Source: an uncultured virus (IMG/VR IMGVR_UViG_3300038321_000417) (lineage: Duplodnaviria > Heunggongvirae > Uroviricota > Caudoviricetes). From it: a stretch of DNA of 64,000 nt. Positions 51,348 through 60,883 of this stretch are shown here, in pieces. Position numbers and translations under genes: made by a program. The stretch lies in the IMG/VR virus record IMGVR_UViG_3300038321_000417; one strand, given 5' to 3'. Under the pieces are notes generated by a model. It was not told the DNA's origin and ran no database searches. It saw only the letters and a list, made by a program, of their open reading frames with translations. Position 1 is the stretch's first letter, and each line of letters opens with the position of its first letter.

Positions 51348-51662
51348 TCATAGCTCAATATCCTCTAAAGTTACATTAAGTTTGTTCAAGTAATAATTAT
51401 TCACCCTTTTTTGAACCTTATACTCCTTTACTTCTGTTTGAGAATCAAAGTCTACCTTTTTCCTTATAGGCTTACTTGACTTGACTAACTTATTTATCCC
51501 CTTTAAAGTCGGAATCCCCCAAGTATCCCCTATATATAACCCCTTTTTACTATAAGCTAACGCCCTCGCTAAAGGATGTGCCCTATTATCCAAAACATCT
51601 GAATATTCGACACAAACCCCCACATCACCATCTTTTAATTCTGTTTCAAGTATTCTTTTCAT
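51348..51662 (-). CDS. Hypothetical protein (104 aa)
   Basis: ATGA overlap with the upstream gene; SD AGGAGG. Confidence 0.6.
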   Translation of the reverse strand: MKRILETELKDGDVGVCVEYSDVLDNRAHPLARALAYSKKGLYIGDTWGIPTLKGINKLVKSSKPIRKKVDFDSQTEVKEYKVQKRVNNYYLNKLNVTLEDIEL

Positions 51663-52645
51663 GTATGACCCCTCCTAGACATTGTGTAAAGCGAATGCAG
51701 TAATGCTGTCTCTGACTTACTATTATTTAATGTGACATAAAAACTTATTATCTCTATATAAGATAACCCTTTTAATACCCTCATGTATTTCGATATTTTA
51801 TGTATTGATAGGTACTTTAATTCTATAGGAAACTGTTCTCTTAGGCTGTCATAATCTATTGGTGCTGCGCTACAAATATACCCCTCTTGATATAGCTTTT
51901 TTACAAATAACAGGTCTTTAAACATGTTCTTTAATATAGTGTGCGCTCTGTTAAACCCCTCTTGCTCGATAAAAAACTTATACTGTCCAATAAATTTTTT
52001 ATCTTTACGCTCTGTTCCAGTACGCCCGTCTATTACACTTCTAAAAAGTATCCAAGAGTTTGTGTTTATACTCCTAAATTTCTTTGCTACACTATGCTCA
52101 ACATGATCATATTTCCGACACTCAAACAGAAAGTCATAAAAAATCTCTGTGTCATACTTTAAATTATTTAAAACATGATACTCTGCTTTTGGATCTATAC
52201 TTTTTATGAACATCTGTAACAAATACTTTATACTGTCCTTATTAACCCAATTTAATGAGAGTTTTAAACAAGTTGATTTTTTAGGCAGCACATCTCGTAA
52301 TTCTTTTTCTAGCTGTAAGAATTTCGCATATTTAGCTGTGGAAAAAAGATAAATAGCATTTTCAGAATAAGTTAATTTCGCCAACACCTTTTTAATATCA
52401 CTACACCTGTCCACATGAATATATACTAACCACATATCCTCTATTAAATGCTTAGATTCTACAATGTTAGTTTCCCCTGCGGTAGTAATACTCTCTACTT
52501 CTATTAAGTTATATGAAGAAGTAGACGCATTATATCTTTGTTTGTAGTAATCAAATATCATCAATGACATTTTTGAGTAAGAACAATTCAACAAAACAAA
52601 TTGGTTGTCTTCTTGTATACTCATTATGCCCTCTCTAATTAGCAT
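51659..52645 (-). CDS. Possible clamp-loader delta (HolA)-like subunit
   Basis: About 325 aa, alpha/beta N-terminus without a P-loop followed by helical domains; a beta-clamp is present in the window; weak evidence. Confidence 0.35.
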   Translation of the reverse strand: MLIREGIMSIQEDNQFVLLNCSYSKMSLMIFDYYKQRYNASTSSYNLIEVESITTAGETNIVESKHLIEDMWLVYIHVDRCSDIKKVLAKLTYSENAIYLFSTAKYAKFLQLEKELRDVLPKKSTCLKLSLNWVNKDSIKYLLQMFIKSIDPKAEYHVLNNLKYDTEIFYDFLFECRKYDHVEHSVAKKFRSINTNSWILFRSVIDGRTGTERKDKKFIGQYKFFIEQEGFNRAHTILKNMFKDLLFVKKLYQEGYICSAAPIDYDSLREQFPIELKYLSIHKISKYMRVLKGLSYIEIISFYVTLNNSKSETALLHSLYTMSRRGHT

Positions 52646-54479
52646 GACTATACACTCCTAAGTTAATAACATCATTTGCAAGTTTCTTTTTAAACTCTAT
52701 CAATCTCTCAAAATACCCACGCTCTATTTCTTCGAGTTTTAGCTCTTTTAGCATATATCGGATTTGAACCCAGCCTGCATCCCAACAGTTCATATGGTAG
52801 TTTTCAGGCATCTTTGTCCGATACTTTAGAGTGTCTATGTTCGCTTTACAACAGTAATCATACAACTCCTGAGCTTCGGGGGATACTCCCTTTAGTATAG
52901 CGTCTTTCACATACTTATCATAAAATACATTCTTATGCCCATACTTCCCATAATCAGTAGTTAACACGTCTAAGCCCTGATCTTCTGCGGCTTTTAAAAT
53001 CCTGTCCGTGTCCATATAAAACATGGTATTTCTTACATTTTCCACATTCCCAGTGTCTACCCTTGCTGAAAACTGATAACTCTTTAAATCAAACAAACTA
53101 AATATCAAAAAATCACGTAACAATTCTTCTTCAACTTCTCTTTCAGGCTCTATTGGGGTAGACATATTTAATCCAAAGTCACCCCTGTCGGTAATTGACC
53201 TATGCACCGCAAACATGGTGATTGCTCTTTCCAAATTCTCCTTTGTTATATCTATGTATCCCTCAAAAGTTATTGGTCTGGTAGATATAATTGCTTTTCC
53301 ATTCTTTACAAGAGTGTCTACAAAAGATGTGTACGCAAAACTATTTACACTTGCTTTAAGAATTTTAACTGGTTTGCTGTTAAAGAATTTATAAGCTGGC
53401 ATTTGCACATAATAGTCAGCTTCTTTCGACTTCGCCCACTCACTAATCCGTCTTTCTTTTGTCTTAAATAAACCCAACTCCATTTTCGACACTTCTCTAA
53501 CATTGCCTTTACTGTCAAGTCCAATACGTTTTATGCAACCATCGCCTATCTTATTTACCTCAAGTTGTTTATGAGTGTAGGCAACAAATACTATACCCCA
53601 AAACTCACTGGATGTGGTGTCCGCAAACTCATTACTGTTGAAAACGATACCCTCTTGAAAATCCATATACTTCTGGATGTATGACAGCAATCCCGTGTTG
53701 TCTTTTAAATAAGTTGCCGGAGAGTATATCCCCATAACTGAATTCGTTAAATTATGAACCCTTATAAAGTCTACCACTTTAAAGATAAATTGGGTGTACA
53801 GATCTCCTGTTGCCTTTCCTAATCCTAATTCTTTCATCCATAGACTTGTTGTTGTTTCTGGTGCAAAGCTCTTAAACGGTGGATTGAAGAAAAACAGTAT
53901 CTTTTCATTATTTTTTACTGCCTTTTGTAACTTATCCGGTAAAGTGTCTAAAAACCCTGTGTTAACACTGTCATAATCAATAGAACACAAAAAGTCACAA
54001 TTAAACATTGTGACTTCGTCAGAATAAAACTCAGTATTTCTAATTAAGTCGATGTCAGATTTATTTAATGTACTAAGATAAACCTTACTTGGATTAAGGT
54101 CTTTAGCACTTCTTAACAAATTCCCTGTTCCGCACGAAACGTCCCAAACATGGCAATCTTTTAAATCTATATACTGTCCCACAATCTCTCTACTATATTG
54201 AGCTAATGTCTCAGGGGTAAAATACTCCCCCCCTGCTTTTCTAACTTCTGACGGAACATATCTGTCTTTATTCTGTAATAAATCTAACTGCTCCTTTTCG
54301 GAAATGTCAAAAGTATCATTTATTAACTTAAAGTATAGTTTCTCAATAGACGATAATTCCCTAAAGTCTGGTCTTATAACACCTGTAACGAATCTTGAAA
54401 TTACTTCCTGCACGTTATCAGTTTTTACCGCATTTATCGACTTGTTGAAATAATCAAAATATTCCTGTCCAATCAACAT
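52635..54479 (-). CDS. N6-adenine DNA methyltransferase with large putative target-recognition region
   Basis: GEYFTP (motif X), WDVSCGTGNL (I), FFFNPPF (IV), DLYTQF. Confidence 0.85.
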   Translation of the reverse strand: MLIGQEYFDYFNKSINAVKTDNVQEVISRFVTGVIRPDFRELSSIEKLYFKLINDTFDISEKEQLDLLQNKDRYVPSEVRKAGGEYFTPETLAQYSREIVGQYIDLKDCHVWDVSCGTGNLLRSAKDLNPSKVYLSTLNKSDIDLIRNTEFYSDEVTMFNCDFLCSIDYDSVNTGFLDTLPDKLQKAVKNNEKILFFFNPPFKSFAPETTTSLWMKELGLGKATGDLYTQFIFKVVDFIRVHNLTNSVMGIYSPATYLKDNTGLLSYIQKYMDFQEGIVFNSNEFADTTSSEFWGIVFVAYTHKQLEVNKIGDGCIKRIGLDSKGNVREVSKMELGLFKTKERRISEWAKSKEADYYVQMPAYKFFNSKPVKILKASVNSFAYTSFVDTLVKNGKAIISTRPITFEGYIDITKENLERAITMFAVHRSITDRGDFGLNMSTPIEPEREVEEELLRDFLIFSLFDLKSYQFSARVDTGNVENVRNTMFYMDTDRILKAAEDQGLDVLTTDYGKYGHKNVFYDKYVKDAILKGVSPEAQELYDYCCKANIDTLKYRTKMPENYHMNCWDAGWVQIRYMLKELKLEEIERGYFERLIEFKKKLANDVINLGVYSHAN

Positions 54480-54508
54480 TATATTTCCACCCCAATAACA
54501 AATATTTT

Positions 54509-55387
54509 CTATTTATTATTAAGATAGTTTAGAAACTCACTGCTAGTCATTATTGGTATTCCTAACTTTTGTGCTTTAACAACTTTACTTGTAAGGTCGC
54601 CTATTCCTTCCCACAAGAGTATGTCAACGTTTAACGATAAAGTTTTTATTAAGTTAATATACACCTTACCCCTATATACACCGTTTAATGTCTTTATAAA
54701 TGCCTCTTTGGATGGATAATTCAAAATACCCCTTGATATTACTATACTAATCTCTTTTGTTACGCTCACAACATTGAGGTAATTTTCCACATGCTCTAAA
54801 ACTTCACGCTCTTGTAAAAGTCCCTCAAATACCTTTATGGCAGAAATGTTATAATCTTCTTTTTCAATAAGCCCTAATTGCTGTTCAATAAAAGAAATTC
54901 CATAGGTATCTAACGTTTCAAAAAGTTCAGTGAAAGAGTCTAAACCTTTCATAATTTTCATTGCATTATCCCTAATAGCAGGGATGTTTGCCGCCCTCAA
55001 ATATTCCCATAATTGAAGCTCTTTAGTCTGCACTTGATTGTAGAAATCTATCGACTTTTCCATAGATATGTCATCTGCTAAAACCCCATCTTCGTCCGGA
55101 TTATATGCAAGTAACTGCAAAGGGGATTGAAGTTCAAAATGGTTTACAATCTTTAACGCATTTACGTCACCAATACCTATTATTATCAAATCTTTACACA
55201 TTTGTACTAACCTTTTTGCCACCTTGTATGCACAAAATTCATTACTACAAACAATACTTGTTTTTTCTTCAGTTAACGTAAGTTCGCTGCCACAATCGCA
55301 GTATTTATTACAGTTAAGTAAGTTAACCATTCGCTTATCCAAGTATTTTTCATACTTAATAACGTAATCACTGAAAGTGTAAACCAT
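54509..55387 (-). CDS. NAD-dependent DNA ligase, C-terminal part (Zn finger, HhH, BRCT)
   Basis: CDCGSEL..CSNEFC, IIGIG, BRCT-like SKVVKAQKLGIPIM. Confidence 0.8.
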   Translation of the reverse strand: MVYTFSDYVIKYEKYLDKRMVNLLNCNKYCDCGSELTLTEEKTSIVCSNEFCAYKVAKRLVQMCKDLIIIGIGDVNALKIVNHFELQSPLQLLAYNPDEDGVLADDISMEKSIDFYNQVQTKELQLWEYLRAANIPAIRDNAMKIMKGLDSFTELFETLDTYGISFIEQQLGLIEKEDYNISAIKVFEGLLQEREVLEHVENYLNVVSVTKEISIVISRGILNYPSKEAFIKTLNGVYRGKVYINLIKTLSLNVDILLWEGIGDLTSKVVKAQKLGIPIMTSSEFLNYLNNK

Positions 55388-55402
55388 TTTAACTCCCCCT
55401 TA

Positions 55403-56680
55403 TCAAGCTTTTTCAAGTTGTTGCTTTATGTAACCAGGAAATTTTCTTGCTACAAAGTGTGGATTTTCCAGTTTTTTAAACTCTTCTTTCGGCATGTGTA
55501 ACTTCTTCATTGCGTCTATAATAGTATTCCCAAGTGTAAGCACTTTCTTAAACTTCACTATCTCATCCCTATCTTCTATTTTGCCCAGAAATAAATCCCC
55601 CGAGGCATACAAATGCACTAATTGATGGCAATTTAAACACAGTGTGATTCCGTTTTCCATCGAGTCCTCGCCACCCAAACTAACAGGTACAACGTGGTGG
55701 AAGTCAAGCACATACATATGCTTTTCACCGCTTATATCAAGGCAACACTGGCAAGAGTATCCATCTTTTATCATTCTTGCTTTTCTAAGTGCAGGATCAA
55801 CTGGTTTTCTGTCTCGTGATACTTGTTTCTTATTTTGACGGATTTCCGAAGTCCTGTCCATTTCTTCTATTTCTGAAAGATCAAGAGTCTCCATATTACA
55901 GTTAGCTAGATTTAATAATGCAGCTATTTCATCATCCTCTAATCTCTCACGTTTCATAGGTTCAGTAGAATTTTCTACAACCTTAACAGCTTCATCAAAT
56001 CCGCCTGTTTCACCTACACTGAACATTAACTCTTCTTTCTGATCTAGTAATTCCTGTCTAGTGACCTTTTTTCTGATCATGTCTAGTTTTTTATAAGCTT
56101 GGTTTATGGTGATAGTGCCCTCTAAAAGCTGATCCCGAATGTCAATCATGTCTGATTCTGATGCCCTCATTACCTCAACCAGTTTTGTGTATTCCCCTGG
56201 TCTTAGATTAAGTAAATACTCTATTAACTCAGGTGAAAAATTAACCATTTTTGATTCAAGAAACTGGGATGTATCCCACACTTCACCTATTGTGTAAGGT
56301 TCATATTGGTTAAGTATCAGTTCTAAATATGGAATAGCTTTCTTTGCTTTGGCTGAGTCATCAAAATTATAAACCAGTGATTGTAGTTCTGTAAACCCAT
56401 TCTTTAATGCCGCATGTACACGCCTTATACCGTTAATTAATATATATTTCTTTTTATTTTCTGTGCGCATAAGAATAGGTGGTACTAATACCCCTAGTTG
56501 GGCTACAGATGCTTTTAAACCTTTTAACCCCTGTTTCCTTGCTCTGTTTGGCGGTACAATAATATCCTCTACATTTACTTTTTCAAGTGAGATAAAAGGT
56601 TTAACAACCTCAAAATCTGTAAAGGCATTCTCAAATAAATCAACTCGTTCTTTTACACTTTCTTTCAGTATCTCATTCAT
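55403..56680 (-). CDS. ParB/Srx-domain + HNH endonuclease fusion
   Basis: LKASVAQLGVLVPP..LINGIRRVHA (ParB N-terminal domain); CQCC..HHVVP..GG.D..NGITLCLNCH..VH (HNH). Confidence 0.82.
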   Translation of the reverse strand: MNEILKESVKERVDLFENAFTDFEVVKPFISLEKVNVEDIIVPPNRARKQGLKGLKASVAQLGVLVPPILMRTENKKKYILINGIRRVHAALKNGFTELQSLVYNFDDSAKAKKAIPYLELILNQYEPYTIGEVWDTSQFLESKMVNFSPELIEYLLNLRPGEYTKLVEVMRASESDMIDIRDQLLEGTITINQAYKKLDMIRKKVTRQELLDQKEELMFSVGETGGFDEAVKVVENSTEPMKRERLEDDEIAALLNLANCNMETLDLSEIEEMDRTSEIRQNKKQVSRDRKPVDPALRKARMIKDGYSCQCCLDISGEKHMYVLDFHHVVPVSLGGEDSMENGITLCLNCHQLVHLYASGDLFLGKIEDRDEIVKFKKVLTLGNTIIDAMKKLHMPKEEFKKLENPHFVARKFPGYIKQQLEKA

Positions 56681-56799
56681 GTAAGTACAACTCCCTACTA
56701 TTCACATTTTACCAGCCTAAACACATTAGCGGTATTTATTATAATAAATAATTGTACTTATCTTTTTTAATACTGTTACACACCCTAAAAACACTACGC

Positions 56800-57294
56800 C
56801 TAACTGTTACTTAATTTTATTATTTCAAGTATCTTAACACATTTTGTATCTATTACTGCGAATTCAGAACAAGCATATCCCCAATACTCCATGCCATGTA
56901 CTGCCTGTATATTATTGTTTACTAGCCATTTATACGCCTTTGAGGAAATTGTTCCAAGAATAAGATCAGGTTCACGTAATTGAGGTGAATTTTCTAAACG
57001 TAGTTTAAAATTTTTTGTTACAAAAGAACAACTGTGTGCTAACGTGCCGGATTGATCAAAGAACATTGAATCGTATTCTCCCAAGTTTAATATTACACCA
57101 CTAAATGTACACCTGTAGCAGTACTTTGCATGACAACCGTACTTCACCATTCCTTTGTCCCACATCGGTGTAAAATACACCCCATATCCTGATGCTTGTG
57201 AATATTCACGTTTAGGTTTCACATGTCTAAATTCAGCTATGTCTTTACTGTTAGTGAAATGATATATCTCTTTGTTTTCAACAGTATGTATCAC
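56800..57294 (-). CDS. Putative ADP-ribosyltransferase-fold protein
   Basis: IYHFT, GYGVYFT, KYG, SEFAV, an H-Y-Y-E pattern. Confidence 0.5.
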   Translation of the reverse strand: MIHTVENKEIYHFTNSKDIAEFRHVKPKREYSQASGYGVYFTPMWDKGMVKYGCHAKYCYRCTFSGVILNLGEYDSMFFDQSGTLAHSCSFVTKNFKLRLENSPQLREPDLILGTISSKAYKWLVNNNIQAVHGMEYWGYACSEFAVIDTKCVKILEIIKLSNS

Positions 57295-57295
57295 C

Positions 57296-58576
57296 TTACT
57301 CCCCCAATTCCATTAATTTATATAATGTTCCGATAACATTACCATCTGCGTCACAAGGTATTACCCCTGCTTCACCACCATATTTAAAGTGTATTGTTTC
57401 ACCCTCATACGCTTCAAGTAATTCAAGTGCTGCAAGATTATACAGAGGTACATTCCTGACAGTATTTCCGTTTTCCACAACAACAGGTCTAACAACTGCT
57501 TTTGGTGTAATCTTCGACTTTCCTTGACAAAACTCTATTTTTTCAATTATTGAAGAATACACTTCCTGTTGCCATTTACCCATTTTTAAAGCAACATTGC
57601 CTCGATTAATAGTTGTGTCACTTCCAAGTGAGTTAAATATGCCTACATCATTTATTGAAGTCACAATACCGTCTGTATCATATTGATACGTCTCTTTATG
57701 CTCTCCTAAAACATCTAGTATTTCTTCTATGTCATCCTCAAAAGAACCAAACGGCGCTATTGTAGCCGTGGCGTATAAAGGTACTTCAAAACCTAAAGAT
57801 TCTAAATACTCAAATTTTTCTTCTAAAGTATTGAATTGATGCACATTGTCCCCATATATGTCATATGCAACAAAATTTAATAGCTTCATTTCATCTTCTG
57901 TTGCGTAAGGTCTAATTAAAGAAGATACTGCTGAAAATACCGACTTTATATCAGGGTTAAATTTACGGGCTTTACTTAAAGCATGCTTGTTTAGTACAAT
58001 TTCCCCCCTTAATTCTACCAATCCTAAACTACTTAATTTTGTTAAATTTTTATCGGAAAGTATAACACTTAAATGGTTAGTCGTATCTCTGCCCCTTTTA
58101 TACCTGCCTTTTGTACTTGCAGAAACAACTTTACCGTCATGTATTGCCGCTCTACCAGCATGTCCATTTAACTTGAAAGAACTAACACACTCAATTTCCC
58201 TGATACCCTTTTGTTTTACTAAATCCTGCAACTCTTTTCTAAACCTATCTAAGTCTCTCATTTCTTTTATCGTTTCAATAGACTTCATAGGTATTTTAGT
58301 TAAGTACTTATCTTTATCCTTATCAATTTCACCATAATCCATAGCGTAAACTTCATTTAATACGTCTGCATCGGGCTTTAATTTTTTTAAAATCCCTCTC
58401 AGCCTATCATATAACGTGTTTGATACTTCTTCCTCGCCTTTTTCATATGAAATATTATAGTCTCTTACTTTATCAGTCAGTGTTTCTACAATCTCGTCTA
58501 CAGTCCCCTCTAGTTGATCTTGCGAAATTCCTAAATTTGATAGTAATATCCTATCTTGTACATTGAATTCTATCAT
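57296..58576 (-). CDS. ligA: NAD-dependent DNA ligase, N-terminal part (Ia, adenylation, OB domains)
   Basis: Y..G...VS..LYD, KIPMKSI, KLNG (KxDG variant), ELRGEI, YDTDGIV, ALK, ITPKA, GVIP. Confidence 0.88.
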   Translation of the reverse strand: MIEFNVQDRILLSNLGISQDQLEGTVDEIVETLTDKVRDYNISYEKGEEEVSNTLYDRLRGILKKLKPDADVLNEVYAMDYGEIDKDKDKYLTKIPMKSIETIKEMRDLDRFRKELQDLVKQKGIREIECVSSFKLNGHAGRAAIHDGKVVSASTKGRYKRGRDTTNHLSVILSDKNLTKLSSLGLVELRGEIVLNKHALSKARKFNPDIKSVFSAVSSLIRPYATEDEMKLLNFVAYDIYGDNVHQFNTLEEKFEYLESLGFEVPLYATATIAPFGSFEDDIEEILDVLGEHKETYQYDTDGIVTSINDVGIFNSLGSDTTINRGNVALKMGKWQQEVYSSIIEKIEFCQGKSKITPKAVVRPVVVENGNTVRNVPLYNLAALELLEAYEGETIHFKYGGEAGVIPCDADGNVIGTLYKLMELGE

Positions 58577-59462
58577 GTGTAGTCCTCCAATCTTTGAAGT
58601 TATTAAGACCTGAAATTGAACGCTCTACTTGTTTTGGTAATGCAAGACAATATAAATTTTCTTCATTTTTTACCCTATCTGTTATTCCGTACCGTACTAA
58701 GTCCAACCCTAGTTTTTTAAAATTACCAATGTTTATTAAGCATAGCATTGTTTTTTCATGTCCTTTATAAAACCCCTTTACCGTTGATTCTATAGTCCTG
58801 TTATACTTGACCTCTAAATGCTCAAAACCATCATCTAAAGTTTCTAACATTTGATCTTTTAAACTTTCATTCAAAAAATAAAAACTAATAAGACCTAAAC
58901 GAAAGTTCTTTATGTAATTATTTTTTTCTGCTGTAGATATTACGTTAACACCACTGTTTATTTCATAGGCGTGGGTATACGCTATTCCCAATGAGTCATA
59001 TACATCATCCGGTACACCCATCTCTAAAAACTCTGTTATATTATAAATGTGACCTAACGCTTCTTGTACTGCTTCTTTATGCCTACCTGTGATGCGAATA
59101 GCTTCATTTACTATCGCTAATAACTTAGATTTCCATTCTGTGTTAGGTATTTTATAAATATCGAACACCACATCGGGATACAGCATTTTTATGTCTTCTG
59201 CACACTCATTCAGTATTATTAACAACCTACTAGTGTCAAAATTTACCGAACCAAAAACATCTTCTATTACAACATCAGTAACGTCATACTTGTCAATTAA
59301 CTTAGCTAAATACTTTATAAGTCTTTTTCTTACAGATGTTACGTCTCTTTCATCCTTATTGATTAAAAATCCAGTGTATAACGGATTATAGTCCAAATCC
59401 AATATCGAACACCCTGTACTGCTTTTCGATATATCTGCTCCCAGTATGATTCTTTTATTCAT
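58551..59462 (-). CDS. RuvC-like Holliday junction resolvase with C-terminal extension
   Basis: ILGADISKSSTG, VVIED, WKS, DDVYDSLGIA. Confidence 0.8.
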   Translation of the reverse strand: MNKRIILGADISKSSTGCSILDLDYNPLYTGFLINKDERDVTSVRKRLIKYLAKLIDKYDVTDVVIEDVFGSVNFDTSRLLIILNECAEDIKMLYPDVVFDIYKIPNTEWKSKLLAIVNEAIRITGRHKEAVQEALGHIYNITEFLEMGVPDDVYDSLGIAYTHAYEINSGVNVISTAEKNNYIKNFRLGLISFYFLNESLKDQMLETLDDGFEHLEVKYNRTIESTVKGFYKGHEKTMLCLINIGNFKKLGLDLVRYGITDRVKNEENLYCLALPKQVERSISGLNNFKDWRTTHDRIQCTR

Positions 59463-59475
59463 TGTCTAATACCCC

Positions 59476-60177
59476 TTATTCTTTTAAATATCTTTTGAAT
59501 ATTTCATTTAATTCTGAATTCTTTAAGTCAATTTCTTTACCATGTATTATTATCATATCAAAAAGACAATGCACTTTTAAGTTAGCCTGCGATACCCTTT
59601 CGTTTAAATTATATAATCTTTTGTTTGTGATTACATTTGTCTTGTCCTGCCTTACCTTTTCCATTAATTTGCTACGTCTTTCTTTATAGTCCTTTATCTT
59701 GCTTTTAATGTCTTCCTCAATAATTTCTAAAGTATCAGATTCATCTACTATAAACTTAGGAATTTCCACCTTATACATGTTAGCCAAATCTAACAAGGCA
59801 TCCACATAACTTACTTTGCTCTTTAATTGTATACTCATAAAGGCTCTGTGTATACCTATAACATTACCGCCTACCGAACAACCAAAACAATTAGCAAAAT
59901 TTCTTCTCTTCTCGTATGAAAAGGATGGATCAGTGTCATCGTGAAAAGGACAAATTATCGCACTTACGGATATATCCTTGTTTGCATCGCCCTTATACTT
60001 CTTAGGATATGCAGGTATTATAACCTTGTTTATATGCTCAGGTAACGAAACCTTTTCAACTATCTCGTTTTCAGCTTTTTTATATAATGTCTTGTTAAAA
60101 ATATACACCACCACCTTTATCTCTAACCAACATTGTTTAATTAAATTTAGTTGTGCGAACAGAAAACCTGTAAACAT
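59476..60177 (-). CDS. Stand-alone CHC2 zinc-finger (primase Zn-binding domain) protein
   Basis: CPFHDDTDPSF..NCFGCSVGGNVI..ALLDLANMY; the true start is probably the GTG near 60110, downstream of the hairpin. Confidence 0.82.
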   Translation of the reverse strand: MFTGFLFAQLNLIKQCWLEIKVVVYIFNKTLYKKAENEIVEKVSLPEHINKVIIPAYPKKYKGDANKDISVSAIICPFHDDTDPSFSYEKRRNFANCFGCSVGGNVIGIHRAFMSIQLKSKVSYVDALLDLANMYKVEIPKFIVDESDTLEIIEEDIKSKIKDYKERRSKLMEKVRQDKTNVITNKRLYNLNERVSQANLKVHCLFDMIIIHGKEIDLKNSELNEIFKRYLKE

Positions 60178-60198
60178 TTATGTGTTTACAGGTTTTCT
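60161..60198. terminator. 16-bp perfect hairpin (terminator or operator)
   Basis: AGAAAACCTGTAAACA-TTTATG-TGTTTACAGGTTTTCT. Confidence 0.55.
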
Positions 60199-60251
60199 TC
60201 TCGAAAAGACAAGGTTTATTTTTAAAGGGGTGTTAACCTGATTTGCTTAGT

Positions 60252-60836
60252 TTATCTTTTGATTATGACAGGTGTTATTACCGCTGTCATGCCCGATGAA
60301 AGCCTCGCACTTTCAATATCAAAATTTAATTGTATTCCCATTGTCTCTGCAATTTCTTTTGCATGTTTGTAAGACAATCTAAATGCAGGATACTCCATCA
60401 TATTGTTTCCGACTAATTCACGTACCACAGGTACTTTATTCACACAGTAAAGCCCTATGATAGCTTTAGTGCTTTTATTTTGTCTCTTTAAGTACTTCTT
60501 AAATTCTTCAATTGCCAGTCTTTGCTGTTTTTTGTAAAGTACTTTGTCTTGTTCAACGTTCACTGCTGAGATTTTACTTTCAAGTGAACCCATAACCTTA
60601 GCGTATACATCATGGGTAATAAAAACTATTTTCCCGTTTTTAACACTCACAACCTGTATGTTTTCTGCCCCTAACTCTTTTTTAATGTCATTCAACATTC
60701 CTTTTCTTTTGTACGTCTCGTCTGAGTATATACCCCATGTGCACCCAAATACATAATTTGGTGCTATATCCCCTAGAACGAATTCATGTGCTATACTAAA
60801 CCCCATGTCTGCATCCCCCTTATTCACACACTCCAT
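60252..60836 (-). CDS. Hypothetical protein
   Basis: ORF; probable start MGFSI after AAGGGG. Confidence 0.6.
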   Translation of the reverse strand: MECVNKGDADMGFSIAHEFVLGDIAPNYVFGCTWGIYSDETYKRKGMLNDIKKELGAENIQVVSVKNGKIVFITHDVYAKVMGSLESKISAVNVEQDKVLYKKQQRLAIEEFKKYLKRQNKSTKAIIGLYCVNKVPVVRELVGNNMMEYPAFRLSYKHAKEIAETMGIQLNFDIESARLSSGMTAVITPVIIKR

Positions 60837-60883
60837 AAAATAATTGATCTTCGTTATAATTTAACTTTTTGTCCATATATTTT

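Noticed and set aside
56733..56750. Perfect palindrome TATTTATTATAATAAATA upstream of ParB-HNH, considered as a parS-like site
   Set aside because: Single copy and pure A/T, so plausible by chance in this genome.
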